Shown here: piece by piece, positions 22,814 to 32,599 of the stretch
How positions within the stretch are numbered: position 1 is the stretch's first letter
How the letters are laid out: the number at the start of each line of letters is the position of its first letter
NCBI GenBank assembly: GCA_963721805.1
Contig: CAVRJY010000001.1
Span: 736,001-800,000 of the forward strand
Source: Nitrospirota bacterium
Lineage (GTDB): Bacteria > Nitrospirota > Thermodesulfovibrionia > Thermodesulfovibrionales > JdFR-86
Length of the DNA: 64,000 bases
Direction of reading: 5' to 3'
Notes under the pieces: model-generated
Seen by the model: the letters and a program-made list of their open reading frames with translations, nothing else
Database searches by the model: none
What the model was told of the DNA's origin: nothing
Made by a program: the position numbers and the translations under genes

Positions 22814-23497
22814 CTAATCGACTCCGGCCGCGGCGCGGAGGCCGGCGAGGTCGCGGATCGTGACCTTCCCGGCCTTCTCGGTCACGAGGCCGCTTTTTTT
22901 AAACTTGCTCATCGTGCGGATCGAGGTCTCGACCGTCGTGCCGACCATCTCGGCGATGTCCTGCTTCGTGAGCTTCATATCTATCGCCACGCCATCGGGG
23001 GTCTTGTGCCCTGACTGCTCCGAGAGCTTTATCAGCAGGGCCGCGATGCGCGCCCCTACCTTCTCGAGCGCGATGTTGCGCGTGGATTCGTGAAACTCCT
23101 TGATCCTGTCGCCGAGGCTCTGCATGATCCCGAGCATCACGACCGGGAAGCGGTCGAGGACCTTCAGCAGGTTTACGCGCGAGCACCTGAGAACGCGCGT
23201 GGGCTCGATCGCGACGGCGTTTGCGGGGTAGGGGAAGCCCCTCACCACCGCGACCCCGCCGAAGAACTGCTTGGGCTGGATGAGTTCGAGGATGATCTCC
23301 TTGCCGTCCTGGGAGAGCTTCGTGATCTTGACCTTGCCCGAAAGAACGACATAGAGCCAGTCCGAGGGGTCGCCCTCTGAAAATATCGTCTTGCGCTTGG
23401 GGTAGTCGTGCTCGGTAAAGAACGGCGAGATTTCTTTAATCTCTGCTTTAGTGAGCATTGAAAACAGCGGGAGTTCGTCTAGGTTTATCATCAGCAT
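22814..23497 (-). CDS. Crp/Fnr family transcriptional regulator (HcpR/Dnr-like)
   Basis: cNMP-binding fold (IFSEGD..LSGKVKI..GKE) and HTH LTKQDIAEMVGTTVETSIR; no Fnr N-terminal Cys cluster. Confidence 0.92.
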   Translation of the reverse strand: MLMINLDELPLFSMLTKAEIKEISPFFTEHDYPKRKTIFSEGDPSDWLYVVLSGKVKITKLSQDGKEIILELIQPKQFFGGVAVVRGFPYPANAVAIEPTRVLRCSRVNLLKVLDRFPVVMLGIMQSLGDRIKEFHESTRNIALEKVGARIAALLIKLSEQSGHKTPDGVAIDMKLTKQDIAEMVGTTVETSIRTMSKFKKSGLVTEKAGKVTIRDLAGLRAAAGVD

Positions 23498-23626
23498 ACC
23501 TTACCGTAGCATGGCCTAAATTTCAACCTCTGGTGTGAAAGCGCTCCAAATCGCTTGATACTGCGTTGGGCATCGGAGACTCGCCCTCTATGTACGTCAC
23601 AGTACACCATCGGGCGGTCTTCTTGC

Positions 23627-24721
23627 AGTGGATTGTCAAGCCAAGTGCAACAGGCGCGCATTTGCCGCAACCTCGGCGGGTGCCCTGTAGTCCAGCGTTT
23701 TTCTTGGTCTGTTGTTAATCTCATCAACGACGCGATCCAGCTGCTCCTGCGTTACTGTGTTGAAGTCGATCCCCTTCGGAAAGTACTGCCGCAGCAGCCC
23801 GTTGAGGTTTTCGTTCTGGCCGCGCTGCCATGAGCAATAGGGGTCGGCGAAGTATACGTCGATCCCCATCATGTATTTTAAGTCCCTGTAGCATGCAAAC
23901 TCGCTGCCCCTGTCCACGGTCATGGTCATACGCATGCCCTGCCGCAGGCCTCCCAGCGCCGATACGGCGGCCTCCCTCAACGCCTCCGAGCCGGGCCTCG
24001 GCATCTTCCTCGATATAAGGTAGAGGCTCTTGCGCTCGTTAAACGTTGCGATGCACGTTTTCCCGTCGAACCCGTAGACGGTATCCGCCTCCCAATCCCC
24101 GAAGCGTCCCTTCCGGACCACGATCTCGGGGCGCTGCCTGATGCTCAACGCCCCATTGAACCGGCCCCTGGTCTCAGGCCCCCGGGCTTTTCTGTAGCTC
24201 CTTCCCTTACGCCTCAGCATGCGATGCATCGAGCCCCCCATCGCCCTGTCCTGCCGTATCCATCTGTATAGCGTGGCAAAGGATATCCGCATCTCTGTGC
24301 TATGTGGATGGTCAAGCTTAAGGCGGCCCGACACCTGCTCCGGCGACCAACGCCTGCAAAGTCCCGCCATCGCATAGCCGATCAGGCCGTCCGGCCAGCG
24401 CTTCAGGCGTCTGCTCGCAAAATGCCTTCGGCGGACATAGAGCACGGTTGCGGCGTGCGCGCCATAGAAAGACTTCTTCGTGTTGCGCCGCAGCTCCCGG
24501 CTCACGCTCGATGGCGAGCGGCCAAGCTGGCGCCCGATCTCACGTATGCTCACCCCCGCATAACGCATCCTTGCGATGCCCTCCCGCTCATCAATGCTAA
24601 AATGACTGTAGCCCATCGTCCCTCCCTCTCTGTTTCGTCTGGTTGGTACTTGACTCTAACAGAACAGGATGACGATGGGCTTTTTCTTTCACAGGTGTTG
24701 CACTTCACATTACAATCCGCG
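23627..24721 (-). mobile_element. IS30 family insertion sequence
   Basis: 26-bp imperfect IRs agtggattgtcaagccaagtgcaaca / cgcggattgtaatgtgaagtgcaaca, apparent 2-bp GC target duplication. Confidence 0.88.
23636..24616 (-). CDS. IS30 family transposase
   Basis: HTH GRSPSSVSRELRRN, WSPEQ, GDWEADT, DRGSEF, WQRGQNENLNGLLRQYFPKG. Confidence 0.97.
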   Translation of the reverse strand: MGYSHFSIDEREGIARMRYAGVSIREIGRQLGRSPSSVSRELRRNTKKSFYGAHAATVLYVRRRHFASRRLKRWPDGLIGYAMAGLCRRWSPEQVSGRLKLDHPHSTEMRISFATLYRWIRQDRAMGGSMHRMLRRKGRSYRKARGPETRGRFNGALSIRQRPEIVVRKGRFGDWEADTVYGFDGKTCIATFNERKSLYLISRKMPRPGSEALREAAVSALGGLRQGMRMTMTVDRGSEFACYRDLKYMMGIDVYFADPYCSWQRGQNENLNGLLRQYFPKGIDFNTVTQEQLDRVVDEINNRPRKTLDYRAPAEVAANARLLHLA

Positions 24722-24891
24722 GCCCTGCCTTGTCTGAAGCCGATTTGGCCGCGCTTTCGGGGGGCACGGAAGAAGGTCGCCCCCCGCGCCCCCAAGGAAA
24801 GGTATTGATTTGGAGATAAATGCGCAAAATCAAATAAACTGTTACCATTATTCGATTTCAATTGTGCAATATGAATGATATAATTGTGTGC

Positions 24892-26259
24892 ATGAAACTA
24901 ATTGCAGGTAGTATTAATGGGGAGCATTTAGATGAACTTCTTGAAAATTCAATCGCCAAAACTACTAATGTAAAAGCAGCCGTTGCCTATGCTAACTCCT
25001 CACCTAAACTATTCGATAAATGTTGGGACAATAGCATTCGTATCACTTTTTGGTGTCGATATGACGAGTCGATTCCAGTTTCCACACAGATTCTAAAAAA
25101 ATTCCTAGACCGTCGTTCCCCCAATTATGTATGCAAACTTGTTCGAGATATTTTTCATGCGAAAATCATATGGTGGGAAGGTTACGGTGTATATATCGGC
25201 TCAGCCAATCTAACTTCAAATGCATGGGGCGGCAACATTGAAGCAGGACTGTTTTTGACAGAGGAGGAAATTGTTTCTAAAGAGCTTGAAGAGGGTCTAA
25301 ATAAATTTTTCGAGGAGCTAGATAATTATTCCAATCCGCTCACAACCGAGGTTTATAATTACTTAAAAGAAATTGAGACAAAACTACGTATTGAAATAGA
25401 CCCCAAAAAAGCTGAAATGCGGAAACAGTTTGAAGAAAATAATCCGATTCCGTCCTTAAGGCCCTTAATCCTTATGAGTAAAAGGACTGCTGTCGAAAAG
25501 AAGAAAGAGGCATTCTTAAAAGAATGGAATGCTACTCTACAGATTATGCGCGATATCGCTGATAGGGTGTCGGATGATGTGTATAGGCCTTCATGGATAA
25601 CTGAAGAAGTGCCAAAGGGAGTTCAAACCGATCAGTTCCTACATGCATATTATTATAGTCGTGTAATGGACGGCAATAAAGCTAGACATCATGAATTCTA
25701 TGAGAAAAACCAAGTGAATCCTGAAGATGCATTAATCCAAGCAATGTCTTGGTGGAATAAATTACCTAAGGCACCACATAACGAGGACGTAACAATATAT
25801 GAATGGGCAATATACAATAAAGTTCATTTAGGTGAAACCCGCATTCTTGCCTTAACATCTGAAGAATTTGTTGGGGTTTGCGAAAGAATCCACGCATTGC
25901 GTGAGCACTCTAAACGATTAGAGTATAAGTCTATTGGTTTAATCAGGCCACCAGATGGTATAGATGCCGATGCTCGCATCAGATCACTTGGCGAGTGGCT
26001 GTATCAGCAAAAAACAAAAGAGGGGAAGACAGTTTTGGAGAAGTTGCATTATTTGTTATATGGAGGAAATAGTGATGATATTCCTGAAAGACTATGGGAA
26101 TCGTACAATTCCGACAAATGGGATATACCTCATATTGGGATTAGTACTCTTGGAGAAATAATTGGATGGGCGATGCCCGACATTTTTCCACCGAGGAATG
26201 GGCGTACAAGCAAGGCATTAACTGCTCTTGGATACAAAGTAACACTTCATACAGAATAA
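24892..26259 (+). CDS. PLD-like (HxK) nuclease domain protein, putative defence endonuclease
   Basis: AAVAY, FHAKIIWW..YIGSANLT..NIEAG as in BfiI/NgoFVII-type PLD nucleases; AT-rich; start uncertain (24862/24871/24892). Confidence 0.8.
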   Translation: MKLIAGSINGEHLDELLENSIAKTTNVKAAVAYANSSPKLFDKCWDNSIRITFWCRYDESIPVSTQILKKFLDRRSPNYVCKLVRDIFHAKIIWWEGYGVYIGSANLTSNAWGGNIEAGLFLTEEEIVSKELEEGLNKFFEELDNYSNPLTTEVYNYLKEIETKLRIEIDPKKAEMRKQFEENNPIPSLRPLILMSKRTAVEKKKEAFLKEWNATLQIMRDIADRVSDDVYRPSWITEEVPKGVQTDQFLHAYYYSRVMDGNKARHHEFYEKNQVNPEDALIQAMSWWNKLPKAPHNEDVTIYEWAIYNKVHLGETRILALTSEEFVGVCERIHALREHSKRLEYKSIGLIRPPDGIDADARIRSLGEWLYQQKTKEGKTVLEKLHYLLYGGNSDDIPERLWESYNSDKWDIPHIGISTLGEIIGWAMPDIFPPRNGRTSKALTALGYKVTLHTE

Positions 26260-26293
26260 CGGATTTCAAGCCCCATACCACAACACCCCGGAA

Positions 26294-27493
26294 TGTAAAA
26301 GTCCAGTGCTCTCCGGACAGTTTTCCATCTCATCGGTCGCACTGATCAGGCGGCCTCCTCCTCAGCTTTCTGTCTTAGCTTTTTGCCCAGCTCGATAGTT
26401 TCTATTGGCCGTCTGCCCATGTTGCGATAGCCCTTGTGAGGGCGCTCGTTGTTGTAGTGGTGCAGCCACCGGTCGAGGTCATACTGCAGCTCATCGAGCG
26501 ATGCGTAGAACCGGTACCTGAACGTCTCCGAGAAGAACTCGTCCAGGATGGTGCGATTAAACCGCTCCACGAATCCGTTTGTCCTCGGTGTCGCCACCTT
26601 CGTCCTTCGATGCGCGATGTCGTGAAGCGCCAGAAACAGCTCGTACGGATGCCGCAGCAGCTTGCCGCAGTACTCCGAGCCGTTGTCCGTCAGGACATGC
26701 TGGACCCTGATGCCATGGTCCTCGTAAAACGGCAGCACGCGGTCGTAGAGCACGTCGGCCGCCGTCTCGGGCCTCTTCGACGTGTACAGCTTGCCGAAGG
26801 CATAAGAGCCGTACGTGTCCACCACGGCCTGCAGATACACGGTCCCGATGCCCTTGAGCTTGCCCACCGTGAAGGTGTCCTGGCTGAGCAGATAGCCCGG
26901 ATATGCGCTCTCCACATGCCTTTCCCTGAAGCACGGATTGGCCCGCTCGATGAGCTTGACCTGCTCCTCCGTTAGCTCGATCTCCTTGCCGTTAGCCTCC
27001 TGCTCAAGCCGGAGGATGCGCTTGGCCTTCGACTCCAGCCCCTCGCGAACCTGGATGCGATACACAGTTGAGGGACGCACCAATATGCCCTCCAGAAGCA
27101 GGTGCTCGAAGATGCGCTGCTTCCCCCACCGGGGGTGAGCAAGGCTCATCTCGATCACTCGCTTGCGGGCCTCCTCAGGCGTCTTGTGGGGACAGCTACG
27201 CGCTATCGGCGGAAGGTCCGCGAGCCCCGCAAACCCCTGCTCCTGAAACGCCCGCTTGTACTCGTAAAACTGGCTGCGGCTCACCCCCCGGCGGCGACAG
27301 GCCTCCGACACGTTCCTGAGCCTCTCGGCCAGCTGAAGCATTGAAAGCCTCCCTTGTGATATCTTTTCTTTGGCAGTCATGCCCTTCCTCCTTCGGTCTG
27401 TGTTTTGTGGTGAAACATTCTAACCGATGGAAGGGCTGGCTGCCGCCTGCTTTTTCCAGCCTGATACTGTCCGGTAAGAGCGTAACCTTTACA
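26294..27493 (-). mobile_element. IS481 family insertion sequence
   Basis: TGT...ACA ends with imperfect IRs (tgtaaaagtccagtgctctccggacagt / tgtaaaggttacgctcttaccggacagt); 8-bp direct repeat CCCCGGAA at 26286-26293 and 27494-27501. Confidence 0.9.
26346..27380 (-). CDS. IS481 family transposase
   Basis: NVSEACRRRGVSRSQFY HTH; QDTF, TDNGSEY, PRTNGFVERFNRT, YNNERPH. Confidence 0.96.
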   Translation of the reverse strand: MTAKEKISQGRLSMLQLAERLRNVSEACRRRGVSRSQFYEYKRAFQEQGFAGLADLPPIARSCPHKTPEEARKRVIEMSLAHPRWGKQRIFEHLLLEGILVRPSTVYRIQVREGLESKAKRILRLEQEANGKEIELTEEQVKLIERANPCFRERHVESAYPGYLLSQDTFTVGKLKGIGTVYLQAVVDTYGSYAFGKLYTSKRPETAADVLYDRVLPFYEDHGIRVQHVLTDNGSEYCGKLLRHPYELFLALHDIAHRRTKVATPRTNGFVERFNRTILDEFFSETFRYRFYASLDELQYDLDRWLHHYNNERPHKGYRNMGRRPIETIELGKKLRQKAEEEAA

Positions 27494-27497
27494 CCCC

Positions 27498-27553
27498 GGA
27501 ACTGGTCAATAGGAACTGGTTCCTAGGAACCAGTTCCCAGGAATCGGTTCCCA
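27498..27553. repeat. Four tandem 14-bp units with consensus GGAACnnGTTCCnA
   Basis: ggaactggtcaata / ggaactggttccta / ggaaccagttccca / ggaatcggttccca; the middle two form a perfect 26-bp palindrome at 27512-27537. Confidence 0.85.
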
Positions 27554-27858
27554 TGGACGCGTTCCGCCTTTTGGTTCTATCATCGCGCATGAAATATATA
27601 AAGGCTATATCAACTAGCAAGGTGGGCGGGAATAACAACTTTGCAGTCTATGCAAATTATGATTCTGTGCGCCCTCCTAAATCATCAGAACAAAACCCCG
27701 AAAAACCGGCTGAAACATCCGAACATCCGAACAAACGCGGAGCGGCAAAAACTAACGAATTCACGGTGTTGCGCCCGGTTTCATGCAAAACATCCGAACG
27801 CTATAAAATAAAAGGCGCGCGCGCGGTATGCGTAACTATAGTAAGCCGTTGACCTCGC

Positions 27859-28017
27859 GGGGCGCGGGGGGCGACCTTCTTCCGTGCCCCCCGAAAGCGC
27901 GATAAATCGTGTCAGACTAGGAGCGGCGAGCAGACCGCCCGATGGTGTACTGTGACGTACATAGAGGGCGAGGATGCGAGCCGTGACAACGTATCACGCG
28001 AGTTTAGCGCGCTTTCA
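27859..28017 (-). repeat. ERIC-like palindrome copy 3 with GC-rich tail (inverted relative to copy 2)
   Basis: 27932-27972 is the exact reverse complement of 23580-23620; 27859-27901 is the exact reverse complement of 24750-24792. Confidence 0.9.
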
Positions 28018-28065
28018 AGAAAGCGGGCTAACCTTGACTAGCTTATATATATCAGGTACATTGGA

Positions 28066-29045
28066 ATGATGAGCCCCCATAGGGATATCGTGCTTGTGGT
28101 CGAGGACGACGAGAGTATTGCCGAGCTTGAGCGCCGCCATCTGGAGCGCGACGGCTTCGAGGTCCTGATCGCGCAGAGCGGCCGGCAGGCGCTCGGGCTG
28201 ATAGACGGCGGCAACCACCACCCCTCGCTCCTGATCCTCGATTACCGCCTGCCGGACACCTCCGGCGTCGAGCTGATGCAGAGGGTCAGGGACGCGGGCC
28301 TCGACATCCCGGCGGTCATCGTCACCGCGGCCGGAAACGAGGAGGTCGCGGTCTCGGCGCTCAAGCTCGGGGCTATGGACTATATCGTCAAAGATAGAGA
28401 GACGATCAAGGCGCTCCCGGCCACCTGCCGCGAAGTACTCAGGCGGTTTAACCTCGAACGCGAGAACGCGCGCCTGATCGAGCAGATGCGCACGCTCAAC
28501 CTGGAACTCACCGAGAGCAACCGGAAGCTCGACGACATCTCGAAGCGCGACGAGCTGACCGGGATCTTCAACCGCCGCTACCTGATGGAATCGCTGGGGC
28601 ATGAGGCCGCGCGTTCGGAACGCTACGGCGCGCCGCTGAGCTTCGTGCTCTTTGACCTCGACTTCTTCAAGCACATCAACGACACCTACGGCCACACGGC
28701 CGGGGACCTCGTGCTAAAGCAGTTCGCGGCGGCCGTAAGCGGGAGGCTCCGCAAAACCGACATATTCGGCCGGTACGGGGGCGAGGAGTTCGTCGCGGTG
28801 CTCACGGACACTCCGCTTGACAAGGCGGCCGCGATAGCCGAGGACATCCGCTCGATGATCGAGGGGCACACGTTCGGGTATGAGCATACGCCGCTTAGGC
28901 TCACGGTGAGCGCGGGGGTCGCGGGGATGGTAGCCGGGATGAAGATGGAAGATCTCGTGGAGCTTTCGGACCGCGGGCTGTACCAAGCCAAGAACTCCGG
29001 CCGAAACCGCGTGGTAGCGCACCAGCGCGGCGAGTCGCCCGAATA

Positions 29046-29049
<4 letters not shown>
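28066..29049 (+). CDS. Response regulator diguanylate cyclase (REC-GGDEF)
   Basis: [33 protein letters not shown]. Confidence 0.93.
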
Positions 29050-29981
<932 letters not shown>

Positions 29982-30016
29982 GACAGATTATACCACGGAG
30001 GGTTATACTGGGTAAG

Positions 30017-30577
30017 ATGAATTTGCCAACCATGTTCCTGATAGCGCTGGGCCTTTCGATGGACTCCTTCGCGGTCTCGGTCGCCAACGGCTTCAGCATC
30101 GAGAACTGCCGCATGCGCCACGCCCTTCAGATCGCGCTTTTCTTCGGCGCGTTTCAGGCCCTGATGCCCGTGGCAGGATGGGCCGCGGGGCAGGGCGTCC
30201 GGGGGCTCATCATGGACTACCAGCACTGGGTCGCGTTCGGGCTGCTGACGTTCATCGGCGGCAAGATGATCTGGGAGTCCAGGGTCATCGACCAGGTCGA
30301 GCGCTCGTGCCGCACCTTGGGGCTTGGCACGCTCGTGGGGCTCTCGATCGCGACGAGCATCGACGCTCTCGCGGTCGGCGTTACTTTCTCGCTGCTCGGC
30401 GTGGAGCTGCTCGTCCCGGTCCTGATCATCGGGCTCGTGACGTTCGCGGTCTCATACGCGGGGGTCTTCATCGGCAGGCGCTTCGGCGGGATATTTGGCC
30501 GGAAGCTGGAGGTGGCCGGGGGGCTGATCCTTATAGGGATAGGGGTGAAGATACTGCTGGGCCGCCTTGGCGGATGA
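30017..30577 (+). CDS. mntP: Manganese efflux pump MntP family
   Basis: LSMDSFAVS, FQALMP, ATSIDALAVG. Confidence 0.9.
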   Translation: MNLPTMFLIALGLSMDSFAVSVANGFSIENCRMRHALQIALFFGAFQALMPVAGWAAGQGVRGLIMDYQHWVAFGLLTFIGGKMIWESRVIDQVERSCRTLGLGTLVGLSIATSIDALAVGVTFSLLGVELLVPVLIIGLVTFAVSYAGVFIGRRFGGIFGRKLEVAGGLILIGIGVKILLGRLGG

Positions 30578-30606
30578 GGGTATACGTTATGTTAAAATAT
30601 TGTGCT

Positions 30607-31587
30607 ATGAGGATATTTCAGGCCCTGCTGCTGATCCTGCTTGCTGCGACTGCGGCATCGAGCGCGTACGCCGCCGATATCGCGGCCGCCGAGAGGGCGT
30701 TCAGCTTCGGCGACTGGCCCGCGGCGGCCAACGAATACCAGGGGCTCGCCAAGGCGGACCCTTCGGCCGATAACTTCAACCGGCTCGGCGAGGCCGCGAT
30801 GTACAACCTCGATTTCCAGCGCGCCGAGTGGGCGTTTTCCAGCTCGCTCAAGAAGGCCGAGACGCCGCTTGCGAAGGTCATGTACACGATGCTCGAGGCC
30901 CTGCGCGACCAGTCCAACATGCCCGCCTTCACCGCGATGCTCGAGGAGCGCAAGGACGACCCTAAGGCGTGGTTCGCGGCCGGGTTCCTCAACGTGCAGA
31001 AAAATGACCTGGACTCCGCGCTCAAGGACTTCCAGAAGGCCTCCGAACTCGCGCCAAGGGACTACATGATATGGTTCATGATCGGTTATTGCAACGAGAA
31101 CGAAAGCCGGTTCGACGATTCCATAAAGGCATACAAGATGGCCGAGTTCCTTAACCCCGAATACGCGCAGGCGGTCAACAACCTCGGGTACTCCTACAAG
31201 GAGCGGGGCTATTACAGCTATGCGATCGAGGCATACAGGCGGGCCATTGGGCTGATGCCCCGCAACGCCGGGTTTTACTACAACCTGGGCAACGCCTATA
31301 CCCACAAGCACATGGAGGCCAAGGCGTTTTACTCCTACCGCACGGCCGTGGACCTGCAGCCCAACTTCGCGAAGGCCCACTATAACCTCGGCCGCAACCT
31401 GATGAAGATGGGGTTTTACGAAAACGCGATCAGGCACATGAAGCTTTATATAAAGTACTGGACCCCGGCCATCCCGGTCGTCGACGCCCCGACCCCGGAC
31501 AACGTGCAGGATCAGATCGACTCGATGAACGTCCTCATCACCGAGCGCGAGGATGAGTACCTCAGGCGGCTTAGCGAGGACCAGTGA
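30607..31587 (+). CDS. Secreted tetratricopeptide repeat protein
   Basis: Signal peptide; repeated NNLG/YYNLG..A..Y..A...P TPR motifs; start uncertain. Confidence 0.85.
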   Translation: MRIFQALLLILLAATAASSAYAADIAAAERAFSFGDWPAAANEYQGLAKADPSADNFNRLGEAAMYNLDFQRAEWAFSSSLKKAETPLAKVMYTMLEALRDQSNMPAFTAMLEERKDDPKAWFAAGFLNVQKNDLDSALKDFQKASELAPRDYMIWFMIGYCNENESRFDDSIKAYKMAEFLNPEYAQAVNNLGYSYKERGYYSYAIEAYRRAIGLMPRNAGFYYNLGNAYTHKHMEAKAFYSYRTAVDLQPNFAKAHYNLGRNLMKMGFYENAIRHMKLYIKYWTPAIPVVDAPTPDNVQDQIDSMNVLITEREDEYLRRLSEDQ

Positions 31588-32585
31588 GCCGCCGCACCGC
31601 CTTGATCGCGTCCGCCCTGCTGGTGCTCGCTGCCGCTTATGCGGCGGCCGGCATGTTCTATCCGCTCTCCCGCCACCCGGATCCCTTCGAGGCGCAGGTC
31701 AGGCGCGGGGCCACTTTTGCGCAGGCTGCGATGTCGCTCGGCAGCCAGGGGCTCGTGCGCGACCCTGTGCTGTTCATGCTCGCCGGTTACGCCTCGGGGC
31801 TCAACAGGCGCCTTAAGGCCGGGTATTACGCGTTCCCGGCCGGGGACTACAGCCTATGGGATATCATGAAGGTTCTGCGCGCAGGCGGGATCGTCGAGCG
31901 GACCGTCCTGATACCGGAGGGTGAGACGCTCGCGGACATCCGGGGCAGGCTCGTCGCGGCCGGGCTCATTGAGGGGCCGGAGTTCGACCGCCTTAGCCAT
32001 GACGCAGGCTTCATGGCCGTGCGCCACATCGAGGCCCCATCTTTAGAGGGCTACCTGTTCCCGGATACCTATATCATCCCAAAGGGCATGCCCGTCGAGG
32101 AGATCGTGACCATGATGGTGCGCCGCCTGAGGCAGAAACTGACCCCTCAGATGCTGCAGCGCGCGCGCGCGATGGGGCTTAACGAGCGCGAGGTCCTCAC
32201 CCTGGCCTCGATAGTCGAGAAGGAGGCCCGGCTCGACCGCGACAGGCCGATGGTCGCTGAGGTCTACCTCAACCGCCTGAAAATGCGGATGCCGCTTCAG
32301 TCCGACCCCACCGCGGTCTATGGCATAAAGCCGCTCGGCGTGGGAGTTACCCCGAGGGACCTAAAGAACCGCACGGAGTATAATACCTACATGATTGCCG
32401 GGCTTCCGCCGGGGCCGATAGCCTCGCCGGGGCTCAAGTCGATAGAGGCAGTGCTGAACCCGGCCAGCGGGCCGTGGCTGTACTTCGTCGCTGACGGCAG
32501 GACCGGCGGGCATGTGTTTTCGGCCACTGAAAAGGAGCACGAGCGCGCGGTCGCTGCTTATCGAAGAGCAATGAGGCGACGGTAA
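31584..32585 (+). CDS. mltG: Endolytic transglycosylase MltG
   Basis: LEGYLFPDTY, LASIVEKE, LQSDPT, YNTY..GLPPGPI. Confidence 0.95.
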   Translation: MSRRTALIASALLVLAAAYAAAGMFYPLSRHPDPFEAQVRRGATFAQAAMSLGSQGLVRDPVLFMLAGYASGLNRRLKAGYYAFPAGDYSLWDIMKVLRAGGIVERTVLIPEGETLADIRGRLVAAGLIEGPEFDRLSHDAGFMAVRHIEAPSLEGYLFPDTYIIPKGMPVEEIVTMMVRRLRQKLTPQMLQRARAMGLNEREVLTLASIVEKEARLDRDRPMVAEVYLNRLKMRMPLQSDPTAVYGIKPLGVGVTPRDLKNRTEYNTYMIAGLPPGPIASPGLKSIEAVLNPASGPWLYFVADGRTGGHVFSATEKEHERAVAAYRRAMRRR

Positions 32586-32599
32586 TCACAGAGGGAAAG

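Larger units (their letters stand above)
23536..24792 (+). repeat. ERIC-like palindrome copy 2 with GC-rich tail, interrupted by IS30
   Basis: 23536-23626 joined to 24724-24792 is collinear with the reverse complement of 27859-28017. Confidence 0.85.

Noticed and set aside
27498..27553. CRISPR array or NrpR operators
   Set aside because: There are no spacers and no cas genes; spacing is GGAA-N4-TTCC rather than the GGAA-N6-TTCC NrpR box
27553..27852. 99-aa ORF in the island
   Set aside because: No recognisable motif or RBS; it runs through DNA repeats and is probably spurious
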